Positions 1-8,474 of a DNA stretch of 44,217 nt are shown here, piece after piece (the first letter of the stretch is position 1; each line of letters opens with the position of its first letter). The translations under genes were made by a program, and so were the position numbers. Source of the DNA: an uncultured Chloroflexota bacterium (GTDB taxonomy: Bacteria > Chloroflexota > UBA11872 > VXNJ01); contig CAZVZW010000002.1 in assembly GCA_964631365.1 (NCBI GenBank), positions 9,849-54,065 of the forward strand, written 5' to 3'. The notes beneath the pieces were generated by a model. The model was not told the origin of the DNA. It saw only the letters and a list, made by a program, of their open reading frames with translations, and did no database searches.

Positions 1-126
1 GCCGGATCGCTGCGGCTGACGGTAGGGGCGGCGAACACGCCGGAGCAGATGCCGCGTGCTGTTGACATAATCTGCAGTCACATCGAGAGAATGCGGTCTC
101 TTCCGCCGCGAAATCGGTTAACATAA
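1..126 (+). CDS. 3' end of a PLP-dependent transferase-like gene (5' part lies outside the window)
   Basis: Frame 1 reads AGSLRLTVGAANTPEQMPRAVDIICSHIERMRSLPPRNRLT* with TAA at 124-126. The LRLTVGAxxTPEQMxxAVD tail resembles C-termini of fold-type I PLP enzymes (BioF/Kbl-like). Only 41 codons are visible. Confidence 0.3.
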   Translation, partial: AGSLRLTVGAANTPEQMPRAVDIICSHIERMRSLPPRNRLT

Positions 127-168
127 GGGCGGACTGACGGGAGGCAGTTTGACGGGAGTCGCTGTCTC

Positions 169-435
169 TTGGATTTGTTCTTACTCGTTCCCCCTTCGGT
201 GTATTTCGGCGTGGTGGTCGGGAGTGTGGTCGGTTTCGCGTTTCACGCGATAGTGGGGCATCAACGACGTTCGAGCCTCTTTTACCTGCCGTTTGGCCTG
301 ACCGGTTTCCTGGCCGGCGGCATGGCCGCGCAACGGATGGGGCTGGACTACATGCTAGTCGGGGATGTGTCGGTGCTGACCGGAATCCTGGGAGCCCTGA
401 TCGGGTTGACTCTTGCCCACCTGCTCTTTGCGTGA
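169..435 (+). CDS. small integral membrane protein, unknown function
   Basis: 88-aa ORF with a TTG start and three hydrophobic helices (LFLLVPPSVYFGVVVGSVVGFAF, LPFGLTGFLAGGMAA, VLTGILGALIGLTLAHLLF). I recognise no family. Confidence 0.4.
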   Translation: MDLFLLVPPSVYFGVVVGSVVGFAFHAIVGHQRRSSLFYLPFGLTGFLAGGMAAQRMGLDYMLVGDVSVLTGILGALIGLTLAHLLFA

Positions 436-468
436 TAGCTTCCACGGGCTCAGAAGGATTGCGAGGCT

Positions 469-585
469 ATGGCAGGAAAGACTCTCCGGTTATTAATCGG
501 TCTGATTGTCGGGGTAGTGGTGGCGACGGCCATGAAGGCCGCGCGTGGCGTGGGGGGCCCGTCCGAGGGCGTGACGACCGGCTGA
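469..585 (+). CDS. candidate 38-aa single-pass membrane micro-protein
   Basis: ATG at 469 is preceded by GAAGGA/GAGG. Translation is MAGKTLRLLIGLIVGVVVATAMKAARGVGGPSEGVTTG*, one TM helix flanked by K/R residues. It falls below the ORF-track size cut-off and has no homology support. Confidence 0.25.
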   Translation: MAGKTLRLLIGLIVGVVVATAMKAARGVGGPSEGVTTG

Positions 586-675
586 CCGACGGCGATTGTT
601 GAGGCCGCCGGCACCCACCAAATTTCCACGGCGAGCCTGTGGCGTGGCGCTAACCGCTGAGGCGAGGCTGACCCG

Positions 676-3300
676 ATGATGACCGGCGACACAATCCGCA
701 AGCGCTTCCTCGACTACTTCGAGTCCCAGCAGCACGCCATCCTGCCCAGTTCGTCGCTGGTGCCGGTGGACGACCCCAGCGTCCTGTTCACCAGCGCCGG
801 GATGCAGCAATTCAAGCCCTACTACTCGGGCGAGAAGATTCCGCCGAGCCCCCGGATCGCCACTACCCAGAAGTGCATGCGCACCAGCGATATCGAGTCG
901 GTGGGCGACACCAGTCACCTGACCTTTTTCGAGATGCTGGGCAATTTCTCCTTTGACGACTACTTCAAGCGCGAGTCGATCGAATTCGCCTGGGAACTGG
1001 TGACCGAGAAGCTGGGGCTAGATGGGGACCGGATCTGGCCGACCGTGTTTGGCGGCGAAGGCAACGTTCCGCGCGACGAAGAGTCGGCAGCGATCTGGGA
1101 AGACATCGGCGTGCCTCCGGAACGGATCCGGTTCTGCGACGAGAACTTCTGGGGGCCGACCGGCGACAGCGGCCCTTGCGGGCCCTGCTCGGAGTTGCAC
1201 TACCGGTTGCGGCCGCCGCCGGACGGCGCGGAAGATGTCGGCCCTAACCTGGGCGGTGAGCGCTTCCTGGAACTCTGGAACCTGGTGTTCAATCAGTTCC
1301 ACCAGGCGCTGGACGGCGCGCTGACCCCGCTGCCGGCGGTCGGGGTGGATACCGGGGCGGGGCTCGAGCGCTGGGTCACGCTGCTGCAGGACAAAGAAAA
1401 TGTGTACGGCACCGACCTCTTTGCCGACATCATGGGTGCGACGCGGGGCGCGATGGGGGTGAGCGGCGTGGAAGATGACGCGGCTTTGCGCGGATTGCGA
1501 ATCGTGGCCGAGCACTCCCGCGCCAGCGTGTTCCTGATCGGCGACGGCGTATTGCCGGGCAACGAAGGGCGCGGCTACGTGTTGCGACGGCTATTGCGCC
1601 GGGTGGTCGGAAGGGCGCGACAGTTCGGGCGCACCGACCCGTTCATCGCCGACGTGGCCGCGACCGCGATCGACGTGATGGGGCGTTTCTACCCGGAGGT
1701 CGAGCAGCGTCGCGAGCACATCCTGGCTGTGGTTGGGGAAGAAGAAGAGCGCTTCGGCAACACGCTGACGCGGGGGCTGAATTCACTGGAGACGGTGTTC
1801 GAAGAGCACGCGGCTGCGAAGCGCGTACCCGGGGACGTAGCATTCCGCTTTCACGACACTCACGGGGTGCCGTTTGACCTGCTGCGCGATGTGGCCGACG
1901 CGCGCGGATTCGAAGTCGACGCGGCCGGATTCGAAGCGGCGATGGCGAGCCAACGCGAGCGCAGCCGGGCCGGCGCGGCCGAGACCGCACTGCGCTTCCC
2001 GACCGGCCTGGGCGAGACGGAGTTCGGCGGCTACGAAGGAATCCTGGCGGAAGGTGCGAAGGTGCTGGCGATCGTGAGCGGCGGCGAGGCCGCTTCGCTG
2101 GCTCAGGCCGGCGAAGAAGTGAGCCTGGCGCTGGACCGGACCCCGTTCTACGCCGAGTCCGGCGGGCAGGTGGGCGACCAGGGGGTGCTGCGGGCCGGCG
2201 ATGTGCTGTTCCGGGTGGAGGACACCCAGACAGTTCCGGAGGGGACCCGTTTTCACGTCGGCCGGATGGAGCAGGGCGCGCTGGAAGTCGGCGACATCGT
2301 GACGGCCGAGGTCGAATCAACGGAGCGCATGGGCACGGCCCGCAACCACACCGCCACCCATCTGCTGCACGCCTCGCTGCGCGGGGTCGTGGGGACGCAC
2401 GCCCGGCAGGCCGGCTCGCTGGTTTCGCCGGAGCACCTGCGCTTCGACTTCACCCACGGCGAGGCGCTCAGCGAAGACGAACTGCGGCGGATCGAGGACG
2501 AGATCAACGAATGGGTGCTGGCGGCGCTGCCGGTGACGACCACCGAGACTGAGGTCAGTGCGGCCATCGAGGCCGGCGCGATGGCGCTGTTCGGTGAGAA
2601 GTACGGCGATGTGGTGCGGCTGGTGTCGATCGGCGAGGTGTCGCGGGAGTTGTGCGGCGGGACCCACGTCGGCAACACGGCCGAGATCGGCCTGGTATCG
2701 ATCCTGCGCGACGAGAACATCGGCTCGGGTCTGCGGCGGATCGAAGCGGTGACCGGCGCGGTGGCCGCCCGGCAGGCGCGTGCGCGACTGGAGACCGTGC
2801 AGGGCCTCGCGGCGTCGCTGGAGGTGGGGATTGATGATGTGACCGGACGGGTGGATCAAATCGTGGCCACCGGCGCCGAGCAACGCCGCGAGATCGCCCG
2901 GCTGCGCCGGCAACTGGCCGGCGGACAGGTGGACGCGCTGCTGGCGGGAGCCGCTGAAGTGGAAGGCGTGCGGGTGCTTGTGGCGGCGGTCGAAGCCGAA
3001 GATTCCGACTCCCTGCGCGACCTGAGCGAGCGCCTCCAGGCCGGCCTTGACGGCGACTGGTCCTACCTGATCGGCGCCGATGTGGGCGGGCGGCCGCTGT
3101 TCTTTGCGACGGCTTCCGAAACGGCGGTGGTACAGGGCGTGCACTGCGGCGACGCGGTGAAGGCAGCGGCGACGGTGGCGGGCGGAGGTGGCGGCGGACG
3201 GGCAAACCAGGCGAACGGCGGCGGCAAGGACGCGACCCTACTTGACGACGGACTCGAAGCGGGGCGCGCGGCAATCGAAGCAGCGCTGAAAGGCGGCTAG
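676..3300 (+). CDS. alaS: alanine--tRNA ligase
   Basis: 874 aa. Class II AlaRS core (FTSAGMQQFKPYY, CMRTSDIESVGDTSHLTFFEMLGNFSF), editing-domain HxxxH (NHTATHLLH) and CGGTHV motifs, plus a C-terminal DHHA1-like region with a GGGGG tract. Confidence 0.97.
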   Translation: MMTGDTIRKRFLDYFESQQHAILPSSSLVPVDDPSVLFTSAGMQQFKPYYSGEKIPPSPRIATTQKCMRTSDIESVGDTSHLTFFEMLGNFSFDDYFKRESIEFAWELVTEKLGLDGDRIWPTVFGGEGNVPRDEESAAIWEDIGVPPERIRFCDENFWGPTGDSGPCGPCSELHYRLRPPPDGAEDVGPNLGGERFLELWNLVFNQFHQALDGALTPLPAVGVDTGAGLERWVTLLQDKENVYGTDLFADIMGATRGAMGVSGVEDDAALRGLRIVAEHSRASVFLIGDGVLPGNEGRGYVLRRLLRRVVGRARQFGRTDPFIADVAATAIDVMGRFYPEVEQRREHILAVVGEEEERFGNTLTRGLNSLETVFEEHAAAKRVPGDVAFRFHDTHGVPFDLLRDVADARGFEVDAAGFEAAMASQRERSRAGAAETALRFPTGLGETEFGGYEGILAEGAKVLAIVSGGEAASLAQAGEEVSLALDRTPFYAESGGQVGDQGVLRAGDVLFRVEDTQTVPEGTRFHVGRMEQGALEVGDIVTAEVESTERMGTARNHTATHLLHASLRGVVGTHARQAGSLVSPEHLRFDFTHGEALSEDELRRIEDEINEWVLAALPVTTTETEVSAAIEAGAMALFGEKYGDVVRLVSIGEVSRELCGGTHVGNTAEIGLVSILRDENIGSGLRRIEAVTGAVAARQARARLETVQGLAASLEVGIDDVTGRVDQIVATGAEQRREIARLRRQLAGGQVDALLAGAAEVEGVRVLVAAVEAEDSDSLRDLSERLQAGLDGDWSYLIGADVGGRPLFFATASETAVVQGVHCGDAVKAAATVAGGGGGGRANQANGGGKDATLLDDGLEAGRAAIEAALKGG

Positions 3301-3320
3301 ACGGTCGAGGTAAGGCGACG

Positions 3321-4907
3321 GTGAGCACGGCGATCCAGGACAACCGGGCGGACGGGTCCGGCGGCACGTTGCTCCTGCGGGTGGGATCTCGGGACCATCC
3401 GGATCGGGTATTGCGCTCGCTTGGCGAACAGGGCGCCGGTGGGGTGGTGCTGATGGTGGGTGGGGTCGGGACACCGATGACCGGGGTGGTGGACCTGAAG
3501 CGGCTGGCGCGGGAACTACGTGAAAGACCGCGACCCTTCACGCTGGTTTCGACCGATCGGATTGTGAGGGCGGCGGCCCGGGAAGAGGGCCTGCACGCGG
3601 TGCCCTCGCTGGATGGGCGGGGCCATCTGCGGCGATTGCTGGAATTCCCGGCGCGGGCTACCTTGCGCACGGCGCGTTTGCTGGCGGGATACGGGGCTGC
3701 GACCGAGCCGGCAGCGCCACTGGCGAAGTTGCACGACGCGCTGCTGGGTCCGGTGCTGCTGCTTGGACTGATCGGGGTGCTGGTGGGGGCATTCCTGCTG
3801 GTCCTGTATCCGAGCGTGGACGTGGCCCTGCGGCTGACCAGCGCGCGGCCGGCGGTGCGGATCAAGGTGGTGGCGGAGCCGGCGCTGAATCTGGTGGACG
3901 TGGCGCGGGGGCGGGTGCCGGCGCGAATCGTGGACGCCGAACTGACCGGCAGCCGGCGGGCACCCGCGACCGGCCGGCGTACGGTGGCGGTGAGCCGGGC
4001 CACCGGGCAGGTCAAGCTGACCAACCTGACCGTGGGGGCGATCTACCTGCCGGCGGGATCAATTGTGTCCACTCCTGACGACCGTCGCTGCGTGACCGTT
4101 GTCGACGTGACCGTGCCGGGGACACGCGGCGCCGGCGAGGACCTGGAGCCGGGCGAACTGACCGTGGCGGTCGCGGCCGAAGCCAGCGGGGCGGACGGCA
4201 ACCTGGGTTCCGGCAACATCGACCGGATGGACGGGCCGTTGATGTTCTCGCTTGACGTCGAGCAGCCGGGGGCGATCGCCGGCGGAGCGGACCGCGAGTC
4301 GGTGTTCGTGACCGGGGAGGACCGGCGGGCGCTGCGCGATGACCTGCTGAACGATCTGACCGGCGAGGCGGCGGCCGAACTGGCGGCGACAGTGCAGAAG
4401 GGGGAGATCATGCGGGTCTGGCCACTCGGCGCGCAGAATCCGACCATCGTCGAGGCTTCGTTCGACGCGGCCGCGGACCAGGAAGTGGCAGAATTCGGGC
4501 TGGATCTGCGGGTGCGCTACTTCGCCACGGTCTTCCTGGAGGCGGATCTTCACGAACTGGTGCGGGGAACGCTGGTGGGTGATGTGCCGGGTGTGGAGCC
4601 GGAGTTTGAAATGGTGGGCGATTCGCTGGTGGTGAGCGAACCGGTGGTGGGCGGGGTGATCAGCGGGGCGGTGGCGGTGACGGTGGAGGGATCGGGAGTG
4701 CTGCGGCGGCGGATCGACGTGAACGAAATTCGCGACGCCCTCCTGGATGTACCGCTGGGCGAGGCGGACGCTTACCTGCAGGGCCTGGAAGGGGTGGCGG
4801 CCTACGACCTGCGGTTCTGGCCGGGGCACGCTGAGCGGACCACGCGGCTGCCGTTTCGGGTGAACGTGCGGATCGATCGCTCCTCGCCGTTCGCGGGCGC
4901 GCCGTGA
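3321..4907 (+). CDS. membrane protein with baseplate-J (gp47/GpJ)-like extracytoplasmic domain
   Basis: 528 aa with a GTG start 21 nt after alaS. It has a small N-terminal cytoplasmic domain and one TM helix (LLGPVLLLGLIGVLVGAFLLVLY). The segment ATGQVKLTNLTVGAIYLPAGSIVST...GELTVAVAAEASGADGNLGSGNI matches the Baseplate_J signature by eye. Its stop overlaps the ruvX start (GTGA). Confidence 0.65.
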   Translation: MSTAIQDNRADGSGGTLLLRVGSRDHPDRVLRSLGEQGAGGVVLMVGGVGTPMTGVVDLKRLARELRERPRPFTLVSTDRIVRAAAREEGLHAVPSLDGRGHLRRLLEFPARATLRTARLLAGYGAATEPAAPLAKLHDALLGPVLLLGLIGVLVGAFLLVLYPSVDVALRLTSARPAVRIKVVAEPALNLVDVARGRVPARIVDAELTGSRRAPATGRRTVAVSRATGQVKLTNLTVGAIYLPAGSIVSTPDDRRCVTVVDVTVPGTRGAGEDLEPGELTVAVAAEASGADGNLGSGNIDRMDGPLMFSLDVEQPGAIAGGADRESVFVTGEDRRALRDDLLNDLTGEAAAELAATVQKGEIMRVWPLGAQNPTIVEASFDAAADQEVAEFGLDLRVRYFATVFLEADLHELVRGTLVGDVPGVEPEFEMVGDSLVVSEPVVGGVISGAVAVTVEGSGVLRRRIDVNEIRDALLDVPLGEADAYLQGLEGVAAYDLRFWPGHAERTTRLPFRVNVRIDRSSPFAGAP

Positions 4908-5317
4908 GCGCGGGCGCGATTGTGGCGCTGGATATGGGCGGGAAGCGAATCGGGGTCGCGCGCTGCGATCCGACCCGGACCCTCGTGACGCCGGTGACAG
5001 TGTTCACGCGGACCGGGCGGGACGGCGACCAGGCGCGGCTGGCGGAATTGCTGGACGGACAGGAGGCCGGCACGATCGTGGTGGGATTGCCGCTGAACAT
5101 GGACGGTAGTGAAGGCGGACAGGCGAAAACGGCGCGGGCCGATGCCGCGGCATTTCTCGAAGGGCGGCGCGAGCGGATAATCTTCTGTGACGAGCGCCTG
5201 ACGACCTTCGAGGCCGACCGGCGCCAGGGTGGCCCGCAAAAAGGGGATGACGCCCGGGCGGCGGCGGTACTGTTGGAGGATTATTTGCGAACTCGCGAGG
5301 AGGACGATTGCGAGTAG
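4904..5317 (+). CDS. ruvX: YqgF/RuvX family putative pre-16S rRNA nuclease (Holliday junction resolvase-like)
   Basis: 137 aa. The N-terminal IVALDMGGKRIGVARCD matches the YqgF signature, and GLPLNMDGSEG is the typical second motif. Translationally coupled to the upstream gene. Confidence 0.9.
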   Translation: MSAGAIVALDMGGKRIGVARCDPTRTLVTPVTVFTRTGRDGDQARLAELLDGQEAGTIVVGLPLNMDGSEGGQAKTARADAAAFLEGRRERIIFCDERLTTFEADRRQGGPQKGDDARAAAVLLEDYLRTREEDDCE

Positions 5318-6348
5318 CCGGCCTAGCGCTACAGATGGTGGCCATCGGGATAGTGTCGCTCTTTGCGTTCATCTATGTCGCTTACTCGGCGGTGGCGCGT
5401 CTGGCGGAGCCGCCCACCGAGGTGGCCTACAAAACGCTGGTGTTCCAGGTCGAGCCCGGCGCCAGCGTGGGCGAGATCGGCAGCGATCTGCAGGACGCCG
5501 GGCTGATTCGTAACTCGCTGATTTTCCGGATGGCGGTCTCGCGTCGGGGCCTCGAGACGCAAATGCAGGCCGGCGACTACCTGCTGCGCGAAAACATGTC
5601 GATGAACCAGATCATCCAGGAACTCCAGCACGGCGAGGTCGAAGACAGCGTGATCACGGTGCTGGAGGGCTGGCGGGCCGAGGAGATCGCCGACGCGCTG
5701 GCCGAGGTGAGCCTGATCAGCCGGGAAGAGTTCATGCGGGTGGTGTGGGAGGGCCTGGCCACGTTCGACTACGACTTCCTGCCCGGACCTGGCGGCGGGC
5801 TTTCGCTGGAGGGCTTCCTGTTCCCGGACACCTACCGGGTTGGGGTGCAAACCACCGCCGAGGATTTCGTCGCCGCGATGCTGCTGCGATTTGACGAGGT
5901 GTATTCGCAGGCGATTCGCGACGCGGCTGAGGAACTGGGCCTGACCCCGCTGGAGGTAGTGACGCTGGCGTCAATCGTGGAGCGCGAGGCCTCGCTGGAC
6001 GACGAGCGGGCGCGGATCGCGGCGGTGTTCCTGAACCGGTTGGACCGGGGAATGCGGCTGGAGGCCGACCCGACGGTGCAATATGCCGTGGCGCCGGCGG
6101 GCGACGGGGGGTGGTGGGAGAGTGAGTTGACGGTCGCCCACCTGCAAACCGACTCCCCGTACAATACCTACTTTATCGAAGGGCTACCGGTGGGGCCGAT
6201 CGCCAATCCGGGCGTAAGTTCGATCCTGGCGGTGGTGGAACCGGAAGAGACCGAAGAACTGTTTTTCGTGGCGCGCGGGGATGACTCGCACGCCTTCGCG
6301 GAGACACTGGATGAACATGAGCGAAATATCGAACGCTACCTCCGCTAA
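5308..6348 (+). CDS. mltG: endolytic murein transglycosylase MltG (YceG-like)
   Basis: 346 aa. N-terminal TM helix followed by a YceG domain. The LASIVEREA catalytic-Glu motif and the DSPYNTY motif are present. Overlaps the ruvX 3' end by 10 nt (TTG start). Confidence 0.9.
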   Translation: MRVAGLALQMVAIGIVSLFAFIYVAYSAVARLAEPPTEVAYKTLVFQVEPGASVGEIGSDLQDAGLIRNSLIFRMAVSRRGLETQMQAGDYLLRENMSMNQIIQELQHGEVEDSVITVLEGWRAEEIADALAEVSLISREEFMRVVWEGLATFDYDFLPGPGGGLSLEGFLFPDTYRVGVQTTAEDFVAAMLLRFDEVYSQAIRDAAEELGLTPLEVVTLASIVEREASLDDERARIAAVFLNRLDRGMRLEADPTVQYAVAPAGDGGWWESELTVAHLQTDSPYNTYFIEGLPVGPIANPGVSSILAVVEPEETEELFFVARGDDSHAFAETLDEHERNIERYLR

Positions 6349-6358
6349 GCCGGCGATC

Positions 6359-7411
6359 ATGGACCGGGTGGGGCGGCTGGTGGCCGGGTTTGCGGCGGTG
6401 GAAATCGACGGCCTGCTGGCCGGGACCGAGTCAAATCGCCACTACCTGAGCGGCTTCGCCGGATCGGCCGGGTCGCTGCTGGTGACGCCGCAGCGACGGG
6501 TGCTGATAACCGACGGCCGCTACACCGAACAGGCCGGGATGCAGGCGCCGGACTACGAGATTGTGATTCACACCGGGCCGATCCTGGAGCAGGTGGCGGC
6601 TACGGTGACCGAGAGCGGCGTGCGACGGCTGGGTTTCGATCCGGGGACGACCACGGTGGCCACATTCCAGGATCTGGCGGAGCGGTTGGGCGAGGGGATC
6701 GAACTGGTGGCGACGCCGGGAATGGTGGAGACGCTGCGGCAGGTCAAGGACGAGCACGAACTGACCATCATGCGCCGGGCGATCGGCATGGCCGACGACG
6801 TCTTGGCGATGGTCGAAAGGGTGCTGGTGCCGGGTGCGAAAGAACGCGACGTGGCGACCCAGATCGAGCACGAGTTCCGGACCCTCGGGGCACAGAAGAC
6901 CTCCTTCGATGCCATCGTCGCCACGGGGACCAACGGGGCCATGCCGCATCACCTCCCCGATGACACCGTGGTGCAGGCTGGCGAGCCGGTGGTGGTGGAC
7001 ATCGGCGGCATTGTTGACGGCTACTGCTCGGACATCACGCGGACGTTCTGCCCGGGCGGGCGCACGGCGCACTTTGACGAGATCTACGCCATCGTGCTAG
7101 AGGCCGAGGAGGCGGCGATCGCCGGGGTAGCGGTGGGGATGGGCGGTTGGGAAGTGGATGCGCTGGCGCGGGCGGTGATCGCCGACGCGGGCTACGGCGA
7201 ATACTTCGGGCACGGCACCGGCCACGGCGTCGGAATCGACGTGCATGAGGCACCCCGGTTGGCGGAATCCGCCACGGATACGCTGGAGGCGGGTATGGTG
7301 CACTCGATTGAGCCCGGAATCTACCTGCCCGAGTGGGGCGGGGTGCGAATTGAAGATCTGCTGCTGGTCACCGCCGACGGGGTGGAAGTGCTGACGGCGG
7401 CGCCCAAATAA
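6359..7411 (+). CDS. Xaa-Pro aminopeptidase/dipeptidase (M24B family)
   Basis: Creatinase/prolidase N-domain plus the M24 pita-bread domain. Metal-ligand motifs are VVDIGG..YCSDITRT, HGTGHGVGIDVHE, EPGIY and VRIED. The ORF-track start at 6281 overlaps mltG. I prefer ATG 6359, 11 nt after the mltG stop; ATG 6317 is also possible. Confidence 0.85.
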   Translation: MDRVGRLVAGFAAVEIDGLLAGTESNRHYLSGFAGSAGSLLVTPQRRVLITDGRYTEQAGMQAPDYEIVIHTGPILEQVAATVTESGVRRLGFDPGTTTVATFQDLAERLGEGIELVATPGMVETLRQVKDEHELTIMRRAIGMADDVLAMVERVLVPGAKERDVATQIEHEFRTLGAQKTSFDAIVATGTNGAMPHHLPDDTVVQAGEPVVVDIGGIVDGYCSDITRTFCPGGRTAHFDEIYAIVLEAEEAAIAGVAVGMGGWEVDALARAVIADAGYGEYFGHGTGHGVGIDVHEAPRLAESATDTLEAGMVHSIEPGIYLPEWGGVRIEDLLLVTADGVEVLTAAPK

Positions 7412-7429
7412 CTACCCCGGGAGGGGCAA

Positions 7430-7987
7430 TTGCTCAACGCGAATGAGATCCGCCGCGGGATGGTCCTGCGGATGGACGACAAACTGGTGCACGTGGTGGA
7501 GGCCAACCACCGCAAGATCGGGCGGGGCGGGGCGATCTTGGAGATGAAGATCCGCGATATCGTCTCCGGGGCGACGATCGCGAAGACGTTTCCCGCCACC
7601 AAGCGCTACGAGCGCGTGCGGACCGAGTCGCGCGACGTGCAGTTCCTGTACTCCGACGGCAGCGGCTATCACTTCATGGATATGGAAACCTACGAGGAAT
7701 TGGACCTGGCGGTGGACCTGCTCGGCGAGATGGCGCGGTACCTGACCGATGGCCTGGAGATCGAGGTGGTGACCGACGGGGAGAATCCGATCTCGACCCA
7801 GTTCCCGCCCTCGGTGGTGCTGGATGTGACCGAGACCGACCCGGGGCACAAGGGAGACACGGCGTCGGGAGCGACCAAGCCGGCGACTACCGAGACCGGG
7901 CTGGTGGTGCAGGTGCCCTTGTTCGTGATCCAGGGCGACAAGGTTCGGGTAGACACCCGCAACGGTGAATACCAGGAGCGCATCTAG
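7430..7987 (+). CDS. efp: translation elongation factor P (Arg at the loop tip)
   Basis: 185 aa with a TTG start behind GGGAGGGG. Three-domain EF-P layout. The domain I loop reads HRKIGRGGA, with Arg32 (codon 7523-7525) where E. coli has Lys34 (PGKG). Confidence 0.95.
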   Translation: MLNANEIRRGMVLRMDDKLVHVVEANHRKIGRGGAILEMKIRDIVSGATIAKTFPATKRYERVRTESRDVQFLYSDGSGYHFMDMETYEELDLAVDLLGEMARYLTDGLEIEVVTDGENPISTQFPPSVVLDVTETDPGHKGDTASGATKPATTETGLVVQVPLFVIQGDKVRVDTRNGEYQERI

Positions 7988-7988
7988 G

Positions 7989-8474
7989 TTGGAGTCGCGC
8001 CTGTCACGGTCGGAATGGAACCGGGTGCTCGATGAGAACCTGGCGGCGATCTTGGCGGCGATTCGCGGCACCGACATCGAAGAGGTGGAGGTCGAGTCGG
8101 GCGACGAGTTGATCCGGGTGCGGATCGCGCCGGAGCTGGCCGGGCGCGAACTGTCCGGGGCGGTGGCGGAGGGGCCGGTGGAGGTTCCGGCGGATCGGGT
8201 AGGCACGTTCTTCCGGGCACTCGAGGAGGGTGAGCAACCTTCGATCAACGAGGGCGACGTGGTGGCGGCGGGAGACGCCATCGGCTATGTCGATTCGCTA
8301 CAGGTGCACCACGCGCTGAAGGCACCGAAGGCCGGAAAAGTGTTGCAATTCTTGGTGGAGGACGGCGAGGATGTGGAGTACGGGGAATTGATAGCGACGA
8401 TCGAGCCGGATGGCGGGGCGGTGGAGGAGGAAGCCGTGGGGCCGGGCGCGACCCCGGGGGCGATCCGGCTCTAG
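7989..8474 (+). CDS. biotin-carboxyl-carrier-protein-like protein lacking the biotinyl-lysine motif
   Basis: The C-terminal 80 aa align by eye to the BCCP biotinyl domain (RVGTFF..., GDVVAAGDAIGYV..., KAGKVLQFLVEDGEDVEYGELIATIE). The E-A-M-K-M position reads D-S-L-Q-V. An in-frame TTG at 7989, directly after the efp stop, is the likely start; the track ORF begins at 7965. Confidence 0.7.
   Translation: MESRLSRSEWNRVLDENLAAILAAIRGTDIEEVEVESGDELIRVRIAPELAGRELSGAVAEGPVEVPADRVGTFFRALEEGEQPSINEGDVVAAGDAIGYVDSLQVHHALKAPKAGKVLQFLVEDGEDVEYGELIATIEPDGGAVEEEAVGPGATPGAIRL

Noticed and set aside
586-675. Possible T-box or other leader upstream of alaS.
   Set aside because: Only about 90 nt are available, too short for a T-box. 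I saw no specifier-loop or antiterminator-like T-box sequence.
2555-4024. 489-aa minus-strand ORF antisense to alaS and the downstream gene. Similar long antisense ORFs: 20119-21330 (+), 21029-22570 (+), 23341-24771 (+), 33403-34809 (+), 1643-2320 (-) and 26745-27785 (-).
   Set aside because: Their compositions are extremely Arg/Pro/Ala/Gly-rich and low-complexity, with no recognisable motifs. Each lies exactly opposite a well-supported gene. These are typical stop-codon-poor shadow frames of GC-rich DNA.
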